NCBI GenBank assembly: GCA_023231475.1 | Contig: JALJEE010002164.1 | Location: 1 to 34,471 of the forward strand | Direction of reading: 5' to 3' | Source: Seison nebaliae | Lineage: Eukaryota | Length of the DNA stretch: 34,471 nt | Shown here: positions 1 to 12,706 of the stretch, one piece after another | How the letters are laid out: each line of letters opens with the position of its first letter | Numbering within the stretch: the stretch's first letter is position 1 | Notes under the pieces: model-generated | The model's database searches: none | The model's input: only the letters and a program-made list of their open reading frames with translations | Told to the model about the DNA's origin: nothing | Translations under genes and position numbers: made by a program

Positions 1-293
1 CCTCTGGCGGTAGATCGATATGCAAATTGACACTTACCAGAAAATAAGATATTTTCTATTCGTTGCTTAATGATGGTTTCGATTAACTTAATCATTCCAC
101 TAGAAATAGATATAGGACGGTATGAATTTACGTCGCGAGGATCATTATTGTCACTTTTAGGAATTGGAATAATAAGAAACTTCCTTAATGCCGAATAATC
201 TACCTCGTCATTAACTATACGATTAATGTGGGATACTATCAAGTCAATGTATTTATAATATTGATTCATAAGATTTTCTATTCTTTTATAGTT
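1..293 (-). mobile_element. Non-LTR (LINE-type) retrotransposon reverse transcriptase fragment, apparently 5'-truncated, running off the left edge
   Basis: Minus-strand frame (ATG at 269, not in the ORF track) reads ...LIIPIPKSDNNDPRDVNSYRPISISSGMIKLIETIIKQRIENILFSGKCQFAYRS. This matches the IPIPK..YRPIS..K..E..QFAYR motifs at the start of LINE RT domains. An in-frame TAA lies at about 294-296 and no endonuclease domain is visible upstream. Confidence 0.85.
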
Positions 294-416
294 TTAGTTC
301 CAGTTCTTATAAGAATTGTGTTTGAAGTGAATGAATAATTATAAATAAGGAATTAGGAGGAATGTCGAATCAAGAAAAGACATTTTTATTTTGTTTTTTT
401 AATTTATTGAATCCAA

Positions 417-3400
417 ATGAAATTTACAATGCTCCTTCTAATAATTACTTGTCTTACAGTAAATTTAAGTGAATAATTTCTTTCTACTGTTACCTCAAAT
501 TTCGTTAAAATAGGTGGAGGTGCAATCTCTGATTGGGTACATGAAAAGAACGGTATGAATATCATATTTAGAAAGTTATGGTAATTTAATTTTTAAAATA
601 TTGTAGAGGAAACTAAACCGGAATCGTCCGATCTTGAACCGAAACTTGGTAAATCTTATTTCCGAGCCAAAAAATTTCCAGAACCATCACCTGTTAACGA
701 GGTTAAAGGAAGGAGTATGTCTCCCAATCTAGGAAGTTCATCATTCCACATTAAAATATAAATAATTTAATATTTAAGAACGCTTTGATTCAGTTAGATC
801 GTTCTTTAATAAATATTCAGATGAAGGCAATCCATCGCCACCATCCAATGCAAAATCAGGTTGATTAATCAGAAATATATCAATAATATAAATACATAAT
901 ATTCCATTAGCTTTTAATGGTTACAGGCGTCATGGTGCGCAACATCTTCCTTCATATTTACAGAAAAGTTTTCATCGAATTACTCATTACAATAATCAAC
1001 ATGTTTCGTTTATCTTCGAAATTTATAAATCTATAGATTCGAATGGAATAATTGAGGAAAAAGAAGATCATGACGAAAGTGAATTTATTTTAAATATTTA
1101 AATAATATATGACATTTAGCACACTCACCATTCATGAGAGGTAGAACTGTAGCTCCAAGTAACAATTTCTTACAAATTATAATTACTTTTACATAAAATT
1201 TGAAAGGAGTCAAATTCAGTGATTTCCAAGAGAATGAACCTTCTGATATCTATCGACTCAAATCAGATGGTTTAACAAAATCTATTACAATTTCTCAATT
1301 CTAACTCAATTAATAGATTATAGTTCAGATATATCTGTTAATAATGAAAATGATGATTCAACAAACCAGTTAAACGTGGAAAACAATGATAATCTTAACC
1401 AAAAGACATTAGCTCCAAGTTTGTTATTTCCAATTCGAATATTTTTTAATTTGATTATTAGAAGTGAACGATAATGGATATTCAGAAGATTCACAAACTG
1501 ATAACTCTAAATTAGATTGTTATACTTTTAAATTAAATTTGAATATTTAATCTCTAATTTTATCTATCTGATCGAAATAGATTCAGTTGATGATTCCAGT
1601 CAATCGAAGACCTATTTGAATAGTCATAACAATGTTGAAAATAGAATATTTAAAACAGAGTACGACTTTAATGATGAAAATGATGAGGACAATAAAATTG
1701 AACCGGAACCTGAAAAAATTTATAGAAGTATAATTTTCGATTATGAATTTTAATTTTCATCATTATATATACTTAATATATTAAATATTATTAAGGTGAA
1801 GTGAAATGGAATATCGGGACGAAACCATCAAAAAGTTTGTCAGTTTCTCAATTCAAAATATTATAATCTTAATTTGTTAATTGGTTTAGCTAAAACACAT
1901 TATTTCAATATAAAATGTTAATAATTCCATTATATAATTCCTCCAATTTCATTTGGTATTGAAAGATGATGAAAACGACAACATAAAAAATGAACATGAA
2001 GAGACTAATGAGAGTTATTATCATTTAATATAAATTCAAATTGGTTTAATTTTAAATAGAACATGAACGAAGTAACATTGCAACTCAAACTGGTTACTAT
2101 TTCCATTTCAATAATTAAATTATTAAAAAATTGTTCAAAAGGTTCTTCAACAAAAATAGAAGAATTAGATAAAAAGCAGAAAGATGTTGCAGTTCAATCA
2201 GCGAACGAAGAAAAAAAAATAATTCATACAGAACGAGAGATAGTGACGAAGAAGGAACAAGTTGATAAAATGAAAGATGATGAACTAAAAGAAACAGAGA
2301 AAGAACTTGAGCGGAAAGAAATGGAATTGCATCTTCTTAAAGAGAAAAAACTAAAAGAGAAAGAAGAAGAACTTTTGGAAAAACGAATAGAAGAACAACA
2401 TTTGAAGCACCAACAAAGGATGAATGATTTGAAAATGAAAAAAATCGAAATAGAGAAAATCAAAGTTGGGGAAGCAGAACTGGAGGACGAAATTTCAAAA
2501 AAAGAAGAAGAGATGAATCAGATAAAGGAGAACATGAATGAAGAAAATAAAGAAAGTAAGAAAATCGAAGAAACATTAAAACAAACTGTAATACAGAAAG
2601 AAGTTTTAGAGAAAAAAGTGATTTTTGATAAACTTACTCAAACGGAAAAAACTGAACAAATTAGTTCGGGATTATTTTCTGATTCTTAAAATCCTTTAAA
2701 ATTATTTAAATTTTCATATTTTGTTTCAGGTAATACTCTTACTAATAATCAAAAAACACAGAATAAAGCTACTGAAACCAATGAAGATGATATGACAAAT
2801 TCGGTAACAGAAACTGTAACAAATTCTTCAAGTAACTTCATGTCGAATTCTAAAACAAACTCTGCAAATAATGCTCAAACTCAAACGGTCGATTTTGTGG
2901 ATTCGCCCACAAATGTTCCATCAAAATATTCATCTTCCTTCGATTCCCCAACGGATTCTCCTGCCGATTCCCCAACGGATTCTCCTGCCGATTCTCCAAC
3001 AAATTCTCCAATCGTTTCTTCAGGAAATTCTCCATCAAAATCTCCGATACAATCCGATTCCCCAACACAGTCTAAATCAGATCACTCACTAGAAACTATT
3101 TCAGATCTCAATACAGGCAAACGAATGACATCCACATCAAGTCAAACTGGAGATGATGATATTTCTGAAAAGAATGATGGTTTTTCTTTATATTAAATTT
3201 ATAGACATTTATCGAAATTCAGTAACGAATGACGATGACGATGAGGATGAGGAAGAAAAAGGTTTTAATTGATTCTCATAATTTTTGATTCATAATTGAA
3301 ATAATTCAAAGATAAAAATTCAGAAAATGAAAAAAAAGAAGAATTTAAACGAAGTTTAGAAATTTGTCATAATTTAAAAAATTACCGTTTTTCTCCAGTT

Positions 3401-5223
3401 GAAGCTAATGTAGTAAGTTTAGGTGAATTATCGACAGATAAGATGACCAAAGTAGAAGATATAACGAAAGAGAAAAAAGAATCAAATACAACTACAATAA
3501 ATGTAGTTAAGAATAGTTAATTTCAAAAATAAACAATTTATTTATTGTCTTATAAATAGAATTGTCCCAGAAATCGATAGAAATTATAGAACAAGAAAGA
3601 TTCAGAAAATTTGTTCGTCTCAGTATCGATCAGATGACTAATACTATGAAATTTGATTATTTTACTGGTTTATCATCTCATTCGAATTCCTTAAATGTTT
3701 TATAAAACAAATTTTAGTTTATGATATGCCAACTGATAGAAAAATGTCGGCCATGGCCAATGGTTTACCATTGACCAAGTTCATGACAAGTTATTATAAA
3801 AGTAATTTATTTTTAATTTTCAATAAATTGAAATTGTGTAGTTGACAATCGAGAAGTTCGACGAGAGTTATATGTTTCAATTGAAAATTTAAGAGATTCT
3901 CAAACATCGTCAATTCGTCAACAATATAAAGGAGTCACTTCGACTCTTATTATTATATTTAGGTCAAATCGATTTTAAAAATTTACCAAAAAAGCCGAGA
4001 AGTATAATTAACGAATGTTTCGATGAATTCAATACGATATTGTTCTGTCGTAATTTTCCGTTTTATACGAATATTTATCCCGAATTATTACCAATTATCA
4101 AAGTTGATTTTCCTCATTTCCATTTCAATTTGATAATTGAATTTAGAAACATAATTATGTATTTCTCCCAGAAAGGAATGAATTGAATCTCTATAGAAAT
4201 CATCGACTTCTCATTATGACATTTATTGAAATCATAAGTCTGGTGCATTTACATTCGAACGAAGTCAAAGCGAAATTGTTGACTTATTTTGGAGTGAAGA
4301 AACGTTTCGAAAGACAACAAAATCGAATTGAATATGACGAAGAACAATTCACAAAAATTTGTTAGATTTCCTTAAAATCTTTTTCGTTGATCATTTCTCA
4401 AATTTCCAGTGAATGCTTTATTAAACTATAATGATTTGGATTCGGTTAGAATTGTGACTTGTAATTTAATTTTTATGAAAATATTCACAAATATTGTCAG
4501 TATGCAAAATTACAACAAACGGCAGTAAGAGCTATCAATCCTGAGATTTGTGCCAAAAAGAAAGAATTGGGAGCGTTAAGTGTTGAACATTCTCAACATT
4601 TATGGATGATGAGAGAATTCCCAACGAATGACTATCGTAAACGATTCCGTGAAATAGTTTATTGTTATGCGAAAGTGAATGATTGTACACAAATTTTACA
4701 TACTATCCAAGTTTAAAATTGATGATGAAAAAATTTTTGAAAATTTGATTTTTAGAGAATTTTCCTTTATCAAATGTTTCCCATTTATCCGAAGGAAGTT
4801 CTTCCAACATCTCAAACAACACTCGAAGTTCAATTACAATTCTCATTTCGATTAAACAATTTATCAATTAACAGGAATATATGAAAGGATTTGCTTCGAA
4901 AATATTTTATCCAGTTGATCGTCAATATCGATTCAAAACATCAATTGTCAAAAACGTCTATTGTCCAATTATTCGATATTATATCAAAATTTATGATCTC
5001 TTTTACAGTTAGTGAAAAAAATTTGAAAAAAAATTTTTTTTAATTAAATTTATTTTATTTAACTTTAGACCAGACAACTAATTCAGTTTACAAATTACCG
5101 GACCATATTAAAGATGAGGTTTTCCTATTTACCATCATTGACGGAGTGAAACAAATCGATAAACATCAAAAATCTGTTCTCATCAGCACTATGAGGACAA
5201 TGCCGATATGTAAAGAAAAATAA
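417..5223 (+). CDS. Orphan, probably secreted protein with about 30 exons: signal peptide, acidic low-complexity micro-exon region, E/K coiled coil, DSPT repeats, globular C-terminal region
   Basis: Manual splicing from ATG 417 (MKFTMLLLIITCLTVNL, signal-peptide-like) through GT-AG introns keeps one open frame. It absorbs track ORFs 2063-2689, 2792-3196 and 4183-4365 and ends at TAA 5221-5223. The junction near 3800-3895 is ambiguous. No family recognised. Confidence 0.7.
2900..3066 (+). repeat. Coding tandem repeat (DSPT/DSPA units; 24-nt unit gattccccaacggattctcctgcc twice at 2942-2989)
   Basis: Direct repeats are visible in the DNA and in the translation FDSPTDSPADSPTDSPADSPTNSP. Confidence 0.85.
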
Positions 5224-5342
5224 GTTGAATCGATCACTCCTCATTGACGAATTAGAACTTCATTTTATTATTTATAAATATAATTTTTATTTTCTCTAAT
5301 AAAATTTTAATTTATGAAAAATTCTTTGAAAAACAAATTCTT

Positions 5343-5705
5343 CTATAAAGGAAATTCCGATTTTTTTTCCGTTTTCGGTTTGTCCGGATAGAGATTGGGA
5401 TAACGATCAGTACATTTTCGCAATTTCTCAAAATTCTCTAAACAATTCACACCTTTGTTCTCGTCAGCACTCAGATGGAAACATGTGAACGCTTCACGAA
5501 ATTCTTCTGCACATGGTCCCGATGAAATGGTGCCTAGACAAGGACAGCCCCAATTGATACTTCCATCGGGACGAACCAGACCAGCTGGAGTTTCCATTTC
5601 ATTCTCATGTTTGAAGACGACTGTTGGTGATTGTTGCAATTCAGTCGTCGAAAGAAAATGGACGACGTCTTTGCCGAATTTCAAATGAAACGAATCTCCT
5701 GACAT
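5343..5705 (-). CDS. CHCHD4: Mitochondrial intermembrane-space import oxidoreductase MIA40/CHCHD4
   Basis: GSINWGCPCLG (CPC redox motif) plus twin CX9C (CAEEFREAFTC, CLENFEKLRKC) and YPNLYP. Likely start is MSGDS at 5705, with a probable 5'UTR intron at 5741-5798. Confidence 0.93.
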   Translation of the reverse strand: MSGDSFHLKFGKDVVHFLSTTELQQSPTVVFKHENEMETPAGLVRPDGSINWGCPCLGTISSGPCAEEFREAFTCFHLSADENKGVNCLENFEKLRKCTDRYPNLYPDKPKTEKKSEFPL

Positions 5706-5836
5706 TCTCAATAAAGAAATTTGTGGATTGACACGAGAAGCTAAAAAATTCAAAATTAATTTTCATTTCTTTTCTGTTCTCATAGTTTCAATTACAACTC
5801 GCTTATGTTATAATCAATTTTATTGTTTTAAGAATT

Positions 5837-8800
5837 TTATTTATGAAAAATGGATAAATCGTTGAAATGATGCAAACCGATTCCACCGATTAAAATGAAC
5901 GGAATTTGTTTTCTTAGAATGAAAGAAGAGCTATCAGCAACATCCGTAATTTTAGTCTGTTCCATTCGAAGATGATCATTTTCTTTTAATTGAATGAGAT
6001 GAATTCGATCATCTAAACCGATTGAAATAATTTTTTGATTGTGAAATAATTTGAAATCTATCCAAATTTAAATAAAAGAGAAAGAAATGAATTAAATAAA
6101 ATTAACCAGTAATTGTTGAATGATGAATGTTTAATTGGAATAATTTAGTTAATTGATTGGAAAGAAGATGGAATGAAGACAAATTTATATTACCATCATC
6201 ACCACTTGATAAAAATTTAATTTTAGATTTATCTGTTTCCTTTATCAATAATGAAGTTATGGCATTCTGATGTATTTTGAATGATTTGACAGAATTGATA
6301 TTGTTTAGAACATTCACATAACCTTTCACATCGCTAAAGATTGAGAGGGAAGTGTGAACAATGACACTAGAAATCGATACGGAATGTTTCCACAGAAATG
6401 ATATCATTCCATCCAATTTCCATTTATCATTCATTTTAATTCGATGCAATTCTCCATTAGTTAAACAAACATAAATATGATCATTAAAAAAATGAAGAAA
6501 TTGAATTCGAATATCATCATTTGTTTGAGATTTAAATCGAAAATTATCGATTGATTGAATAAGGAAGAAATTTGAAATACGAAAAAATTTATATAAAAAT
6601 ATTTCTCCTTTACTACCACCACTACAAATATATTGGGCATCATTATATTTGAATGTTATCACACATTTTATTTCTCCTAAATGATCGTTTATTTGATAAA
6701 TTCGTTTTATTTGACATTGCTCATAAATTAAAAATATCAATGATCCACTTTCACTCCCCAAAATGACAATTTCATCTGATTGGAAGAGAAAAGATTCCAT
6801 CGCATTAATTTTACGTGATAATTGGAAATCTCTTTTTCCTGATGATTTATCATTTAATATTTGAATTTGAAGATTTGAATGTAAAAGGGAATAGAAGAAG
6901 AATTGATGTTGTTCATTCAACGATACAAATTGCCATGAACGATGTCCATTCGAACAAGGAACATGATCAACAATTTCATTTCGATCATTCTTCAATAATA
7001 ATTGAGATGATTCAAAATTCAAACATTTCATATAATCATCAATCATATAACATTCATCGGAAACTGGTAAAGGTTCTAATATGATCTTACCAATCCATTC
7101 TCCTAATTTTACTGATCGAATCGATTCGATTTGATATGAATCATTTATAAATTCTCTCAATAAATCAATAAATATTAATCCACTTCGATAAGATGAATAT
7201 ATTAATCTCGTCGAATGATTAATCGTTCTAACATCGATATCTGTCACTCCTTCTCGATTAGGTAAACGACGACAATATTTTACCAATGGTTCAATTCCTT
7301 TTATTTCCATATCGACATCTTTATTGATTGATAATTGATAATATAATAAATGACCATATCGGGTTCCAATTATAAGGAATTTCTGAGATAAGCTTACCAT
7401 CTTGATGGTGGACATCCAACTAAATTTACTTTTAGGTAGTTGTAAGAAATGTTCAATTCCATTACATGATACTTTCCTCACACTTTTATGATCATTTGAA
7501 AATCGAAAAGAAATCATTCCATCATTTTTCTCATTCAAATTAATAAGGAAACAAAATGATTCATTTATCGACTTATCAAATCGAATGAAGTTGATACACA
7601 TTTTCCCACTTTCAACAATTTCCACATTTTTTATTTGAATTTTACCCGCTTCAAATTGGACACAATGAAATTTGTAAAATATCTTATTATTTCCATTCAA
7701 TTCCATTTCCATCACTTGATCGAATTGATTACTAACATAAATGAGTTGTTGAAATGTTCTCGTACAAATTGGACGGAAAGGTAATTCAAGTCTAGAATGG
7801 AATTCTAATTTATCGTTAAATATATCGACGAATTGACTTTTGTTACTTCCACCGATTATTCTCAAATTTCCAGATTCATTTTTCAAAATTCTGATCAATT
7901 CATAACGACCGTTTGGAGATTTAATGTTCATGATCGATTTATTGTCATGAAGGAACATTCGTTCAATTTCAATTCTCTTAATATTTCCACTCATATCCCC
8001 ACAAAATAAAATTCCATTTGATAAACAAAAAGATCGAATAAAATTTCCAGTTTTGGAAATGAATCGTTTCTCTTCCAAACAATTCCCATTTCCATTTTGT
8101 CTACAATTTAAACAATTATAATTCGAAAATAAACTATCGCCAAACGAATCTAATATCGATAATTTTCCATTCTCATCAGATATGATTAGAAAAGAATCAG
8201 ATAAAATACAATTGATAGTTCGAACATCATTCTCCTTATTTTCTATTCGATAATGACAAATCAATTTCTCTATTTTAATATCATATTCCCATCGTTCAAT
8301 ATTTCGACCAGTCGCAACAGCAATTATGGATTCATTAATGAACAGATCGACGGAAAAAACGGAACAATCCAAATTATTCAATTTCAATAAATTTCTCAAA
8401 ATGAATTCGTCTCCTTCTACAATAATTTCTCCAAGTTCAACATCTCCCATAACTGTTCCTAATATGACATAAATCTTCTCATTCTTTACTTTCACTTTAC
8501 CACAAAGTCTAATAAAATGATAATTATAATTCTTCCTCTCTCATAAAATCCACAAAATAATAACAGACACGATTTCTTTACATTCAACAATTTCTTCTTC
8601 TCCTCATAATTTTTCCCCTTTATCCCCCAAACATCACCTGATGAATTCAATAAAATTATCTAACCCAAAAATGGAAAAATTTATTATTGAACAAAATAAT
8701 CTTAAACTTTATTTGATTGTGATAGAGCAGTTTCATTTTCATTTTGAGTGACATAATTTGAGAAGTCTAAAATATTATCATTCAGGTATCTGGGAAGTTG

Positions 8801-9192
8801 AGAAGAATAAATTTACAAAGAATCTCAACTAAAAGAAGAAACTTAACAGATAATTGTCGATTTGATATGAAGATTTATTGAAAATGACAAATTCATTCCC
8901 TCCAGAAATTCCCAATCCATCTCCGACATCTCCTAAAAATCATACGTTATAAATGACATTAAATTCTCTAAAGAAAGAAACTTAGCAAGTTAATTTGTTC
9001 GAAGTCGAAAATTTTTCCTTCGAATTTTTTATTTTCGATATTTTCTTTTTCAACAATTCTCAAATGACGACCATACGCTGTGGAGTGGATAGAGAATAAA
9101 TTGAGAGAAGTAAAAATTAAACTGAAGAATAAATTTTCCTGATCAATTAACAAATTAGTAATGGGCAAATGAACATTTCCAGGAAAGTTCAT
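5837..9192 (-). CDS. WDR6: WD-repeat protein WDR6/Trm734-like (tRNA 2'-O-methyltransferase partner), 7 exons
   Basis: WD40-like repeats and WDR6-type motifs: LPIT near the N-terminus, PCSNGHRSWQF, ICSGGS, IHQNAI..SSGDDG, and C-terminal TDVAD. Six GTT-AG introns join the ORFs into one frame; stop at 5837-5839. Confidence 0.75.
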
Positions 9193-9534
9193 TATTATGA
9201 AATTAAATGAAGTTGGAGGAGAGCTCAATATCTAAAATGGAAAGAAAGAAAGAAAATCGTCTCGTTGTGAATGAAGAAGAGAAATGAGAAGATTTCAAAA
9301 TGAATCATCCATGTCAATATTTCTCGAATTTTTAGCTCTTCCCACCAGACGCATGTGTTGAGGTTTAGATTTTTAAATAAAAAATTATTAGAAGAATTTG
9401 CTGATCAACATCACTAGTAGAATTATGCCGGTTAGACTCAACTTTTTATTTTCGTTGCGTAACTTCCCATAGAATATATAAATTGTTTCTTTGTCGTTTG
9501 TTTAAACCAAATTTAATTTCTCTTATTTCAAATC
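9193..9534. promoter_or_regulatory. Short divergent (bidirectional) promoter region shared by WDR6 and RPS27, with a pyrimidine TOP/TCT-like stretch before the RPS27 ATG
   Basis: Only 342 nt separate the head-to-head start codons. The stretch tttctcttatttc lies just upstream of ATG 9535. Confidence 0.5.
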
Positions 9535-9980
9535 ATGCCTGTTAGAATTCCTATTTTCTTTTTCTCAATCTTTTTTTTCTTCTGTATCTTCCATTTTTTA
9601 CAATTTAATTCATGTCTCTTATTCTTTTGCAGTTAGCTAAAGATTTACTCCACCCATCACTCAAAGAGGAACGAAGAAAATGTAAGTTGAAGCGATTGGT
9701 ACAAAGTCCCAATTCTTACTTCCTCCAGATCAAATGTAACGGTTCTCATTAATAATTGGATGATAATAATCGAATGAATCTCTTTTAGAATGTTATCGTG
9801 TCACAACGATATTCAGCCATGCTCAAAGTGCTGTTGTATGCAGTGGTTGCAATAAAGTCATTTCCACTCCCACGGGTGGAAAAGGAAAAATTTCAAAAGG
9901 TTCATCATTTCTACTCTTTTCTTCTGGTTCAATTAATTTCCGTTGTTACAGGATGTCGAACCAGAATCATCAGAAATTAA
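9535..9980 (+). CDS. RPS27: 40S ribosomal protein S27 (eS27), 4 exons; introns 9541-9632, 9742-9788, 9900-9951
   Basis: Spliced translation [84 protein letters not shown] with the C4 zinc finger intact. Missed by the ORF track. Confidence 0.97.
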
Positions 9981-10436
9981 GAAACTTGTTTTCACAATGA
10001 CTATTTTCCTTAATCAGCACTTTCGGTTGTTATTGTAATAAATTATAACAATTTAATAATATCCGTATCTTCCTGTCTTTCTTATATTAAAATTAACTTG
10101 AGTATTTCCTGATTTATTTCTATTCCACTAAATTTTTCCTAAATTATCAGTTATAATTTATTGATATCTAATTTTAGTACATGGGTGCATCAAATTGGTG
10201 TAGAATTAATATAATTCCCAATAAAAATGCCAATTAATAATGTCCAATGGCACAACACTACAACTAGTCACACACCTGCACACATCATACTAAAAAGTAA
10301 AAAAAGAAATTATTCAATTAAGATTTAGAAATTTTCTTAAATTTTATGGAAATTGAAAATTGAAGCTTGAAAACAAATCATTGAAAACGGAGAAAATAAA
10401 AACAATACGAAATTAATACGTAAATTTGAGGGAAAT

Positions 10437-12706
10437 ATGATGCCGAACGCGAGTCTCAATTCTAACAACAAGTTTGCTTCCTCCATTGAAAAGTTGTTAG
10501 AGTTTAAAAAGAAACAGAAATCTGACCAAATATTCGAAACGGATGAAGACAATAAAGGTTTATCTTTCCACTTCATTCGAATGAAGAATATATTGTTTTT
10601 TATATTCAGAAAGTGGAATTGAAATTTTAACAGACAATTCTGTCGATTCGACGAACAAGTCGTTAAAGAAAATTAAACGAGTTAAATTAATTTCATAAAA
10701 TTATCTTTCACATCTAATCGGATTGAGTAGAAGAGACGGAAGACGAAACAGAAGGAGAAACGAACCTCTCAAAAACATGTGACGAATGTGAATGATATTT
10801 TGGAAGAAGTGAAGTTGGATAATTTCTCTATAAATTATGTGATGGAAGAATGTCCGTTGAAAGAAGATGATGAGAATTATCAATATTTCTCCAAAGTCTT
10901 CGATCGATTCAAAGTTTTTTATTATTAAAATATATTTAATATTATCATTTATCAGATTGAAGATGAGAATGAGAAGAAGAATAAGGAATTGAATGAAAAA
11001 GAAGTTCGTATTTCTCCCAATTATTTTCAATTTTATTTTTGTTTATAGAATAATCAATTGAAGAGTAATGTGAATAATTTTGATATGGATCTATTCAAAG
11101 ATCCATATAACGAATTTATGAATCCATCAGATGTTCCAACAGAAGAAAGTTAAATTAAAATTTTTTTTTCCATTTTTTAAAATTAATAATATTTTCTTTA
11201 ATATCATCATATAATTCAGAAAAATACAGTAATCGTCAAATGAAACAATTGACGAGAATGACAATTGCTGAATTGAAACAAATTTGTCCACGACCAGATA
11301 CAATTGAAATGCATGATATCACTGCAACGGATCCAATCACTCTCGCCACATTAAAAGCGACGAGGAATTCAGTTCAAGTTCCACGACATTGGAATTCGAA
11401 AAGGAAATATCTACAAGGCAAACGTGGATTTGAGAAACCACCGTTTAAATTACCAGATTTTATTGAGAATACAGGAATTAAAGAGATGCGTGGAATTGTG
11501 ACGGAGAAGGATGATAAGAAATCGTTGAAGCAGAAAATGAGAGAGAAAGCGAGACCTCGTGTTGGACGTGTTGATATCGATTATAATAAATTACATGCCG
11601 CTTTTTTCAAATTTCAAACGAAACCTCGAATGTCGATTCATGGTGATTTGTATTATGAAGGAAAAGAGAAAGATAATAAAATGAAAGATAAAAAACCTGG
11701 TATTCTCACCGATACATTGAAAATAGCGTTAGGAATGCCAACTGGTAATGGTTCCAATAAAGTTCCACCACCCTGGTTGATTGCTATGCAACGATTTGGT
11801 CCTCCTCCTTCATATCCCACTCTGAGAATTCCTGGATTGAATTCTCCAATTCCTGAAGGATGTTTCTTTGGATATTATGCAGGTGGTTGGGGTAAACCAC
11901 CAGTAGATGAACATGGCAAACCGTTATATGGTGATGTATTTGGAACGAAAGAAGCGAAAAATCGACATACTCAAAGAACAAGAGTTTTGGATATTGATCG
12001 TCGATTTCTTTGGGGAGAAATGGTAGAAGAAGATGAAGTAAGTAGTGATGAAGATATCGATATAGTTGAACGAGATCAAGATGGAAAAGATGATCAAGAA
12101 ATATCAGAAACAAATAATGAATCGACAATTCATGAAATTTCTTCGTTGGATGTCATCGATGTAGATGGAGGAGGAACTCATTCGGAGAAACCATCAGGAA
12201 TTGAATCATGTATCTCTATGACTTATAATACGAAAAATTCATCACTCGATGATGTTGGACAATCGTTAGATATCACAAAAAATGAAACGAAACGGTTATT
12301 GTATCATGTAATTCCAGAAAAAGTAACAGACGCATCGAAAGGTTTAATGGGAAGTAATAAAATTTATGATTTAAGTAAAGCAAAATCTGATTATGATAGT
12401 GGGTCAGCTTCATCTCATACTGATGGTGCCATCAGCGGTTATACGAGTGGTTATTCAACAAATAAAACATCTAGAAATAATATCGACATCGCACTTCAAC
12501 CACACGAATTAGAGAATTTAAGTCAAACAGAATTAATTGAAAAATTCCAAAAACAACAACAACAACAATCATCATCGTCAAGTGCAACAGGTAATGATCC
12601 TGCAATTGATCAAATGTTTGTGGAACAACAGGTGAAACAAGAAAAGAGGAAAATGAAAACAGATAGTTCAATTCCTCAAAAGAAATATAAAGATTTCAAG
12701 TTTTAA
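10437..12706 (+). CDS. SF3B2: Splicing factor 3B subunit 2 (SAP145), 6 exons; introns 10558-10609, 10681-10730, 10914-10955, 11004-11048, 11149-11219
   Basis: TIAELKQ, VPRHW..KRKYLQGKRGFEKPPFKLP, DIDYNKLH, PPPWLIAMQRFGPPPSYP, GGWGKPPVDEHGKPLYGDVFG and the C-terminal KKYKDFKF. Confidence 0.96.

Noticed and set aside
31..40. cacttaccag resembling the U1 snRNA 5' end
   Set aside because: It lies within the RT coding frame and has no downstream U1 structure or Sm site.
733..820. Possible non-canonical GA or TT donors in the orphan gene
   Set aside because: A same-phase GTT donor lies 3 nt downstream of the GA candidate, and the TT candidate segment reads through in frame.
2942..2995. Direct repeats as a CRISPR-like array
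   Set aside because: They are contiguous in-frame coding repeats without spacers, inside a eukaryotic exon.
9798..9980. Track ORF of 60 aa
   Set aside because: It is a wrong-frame read across RPS27 exon 3 and intron 3.
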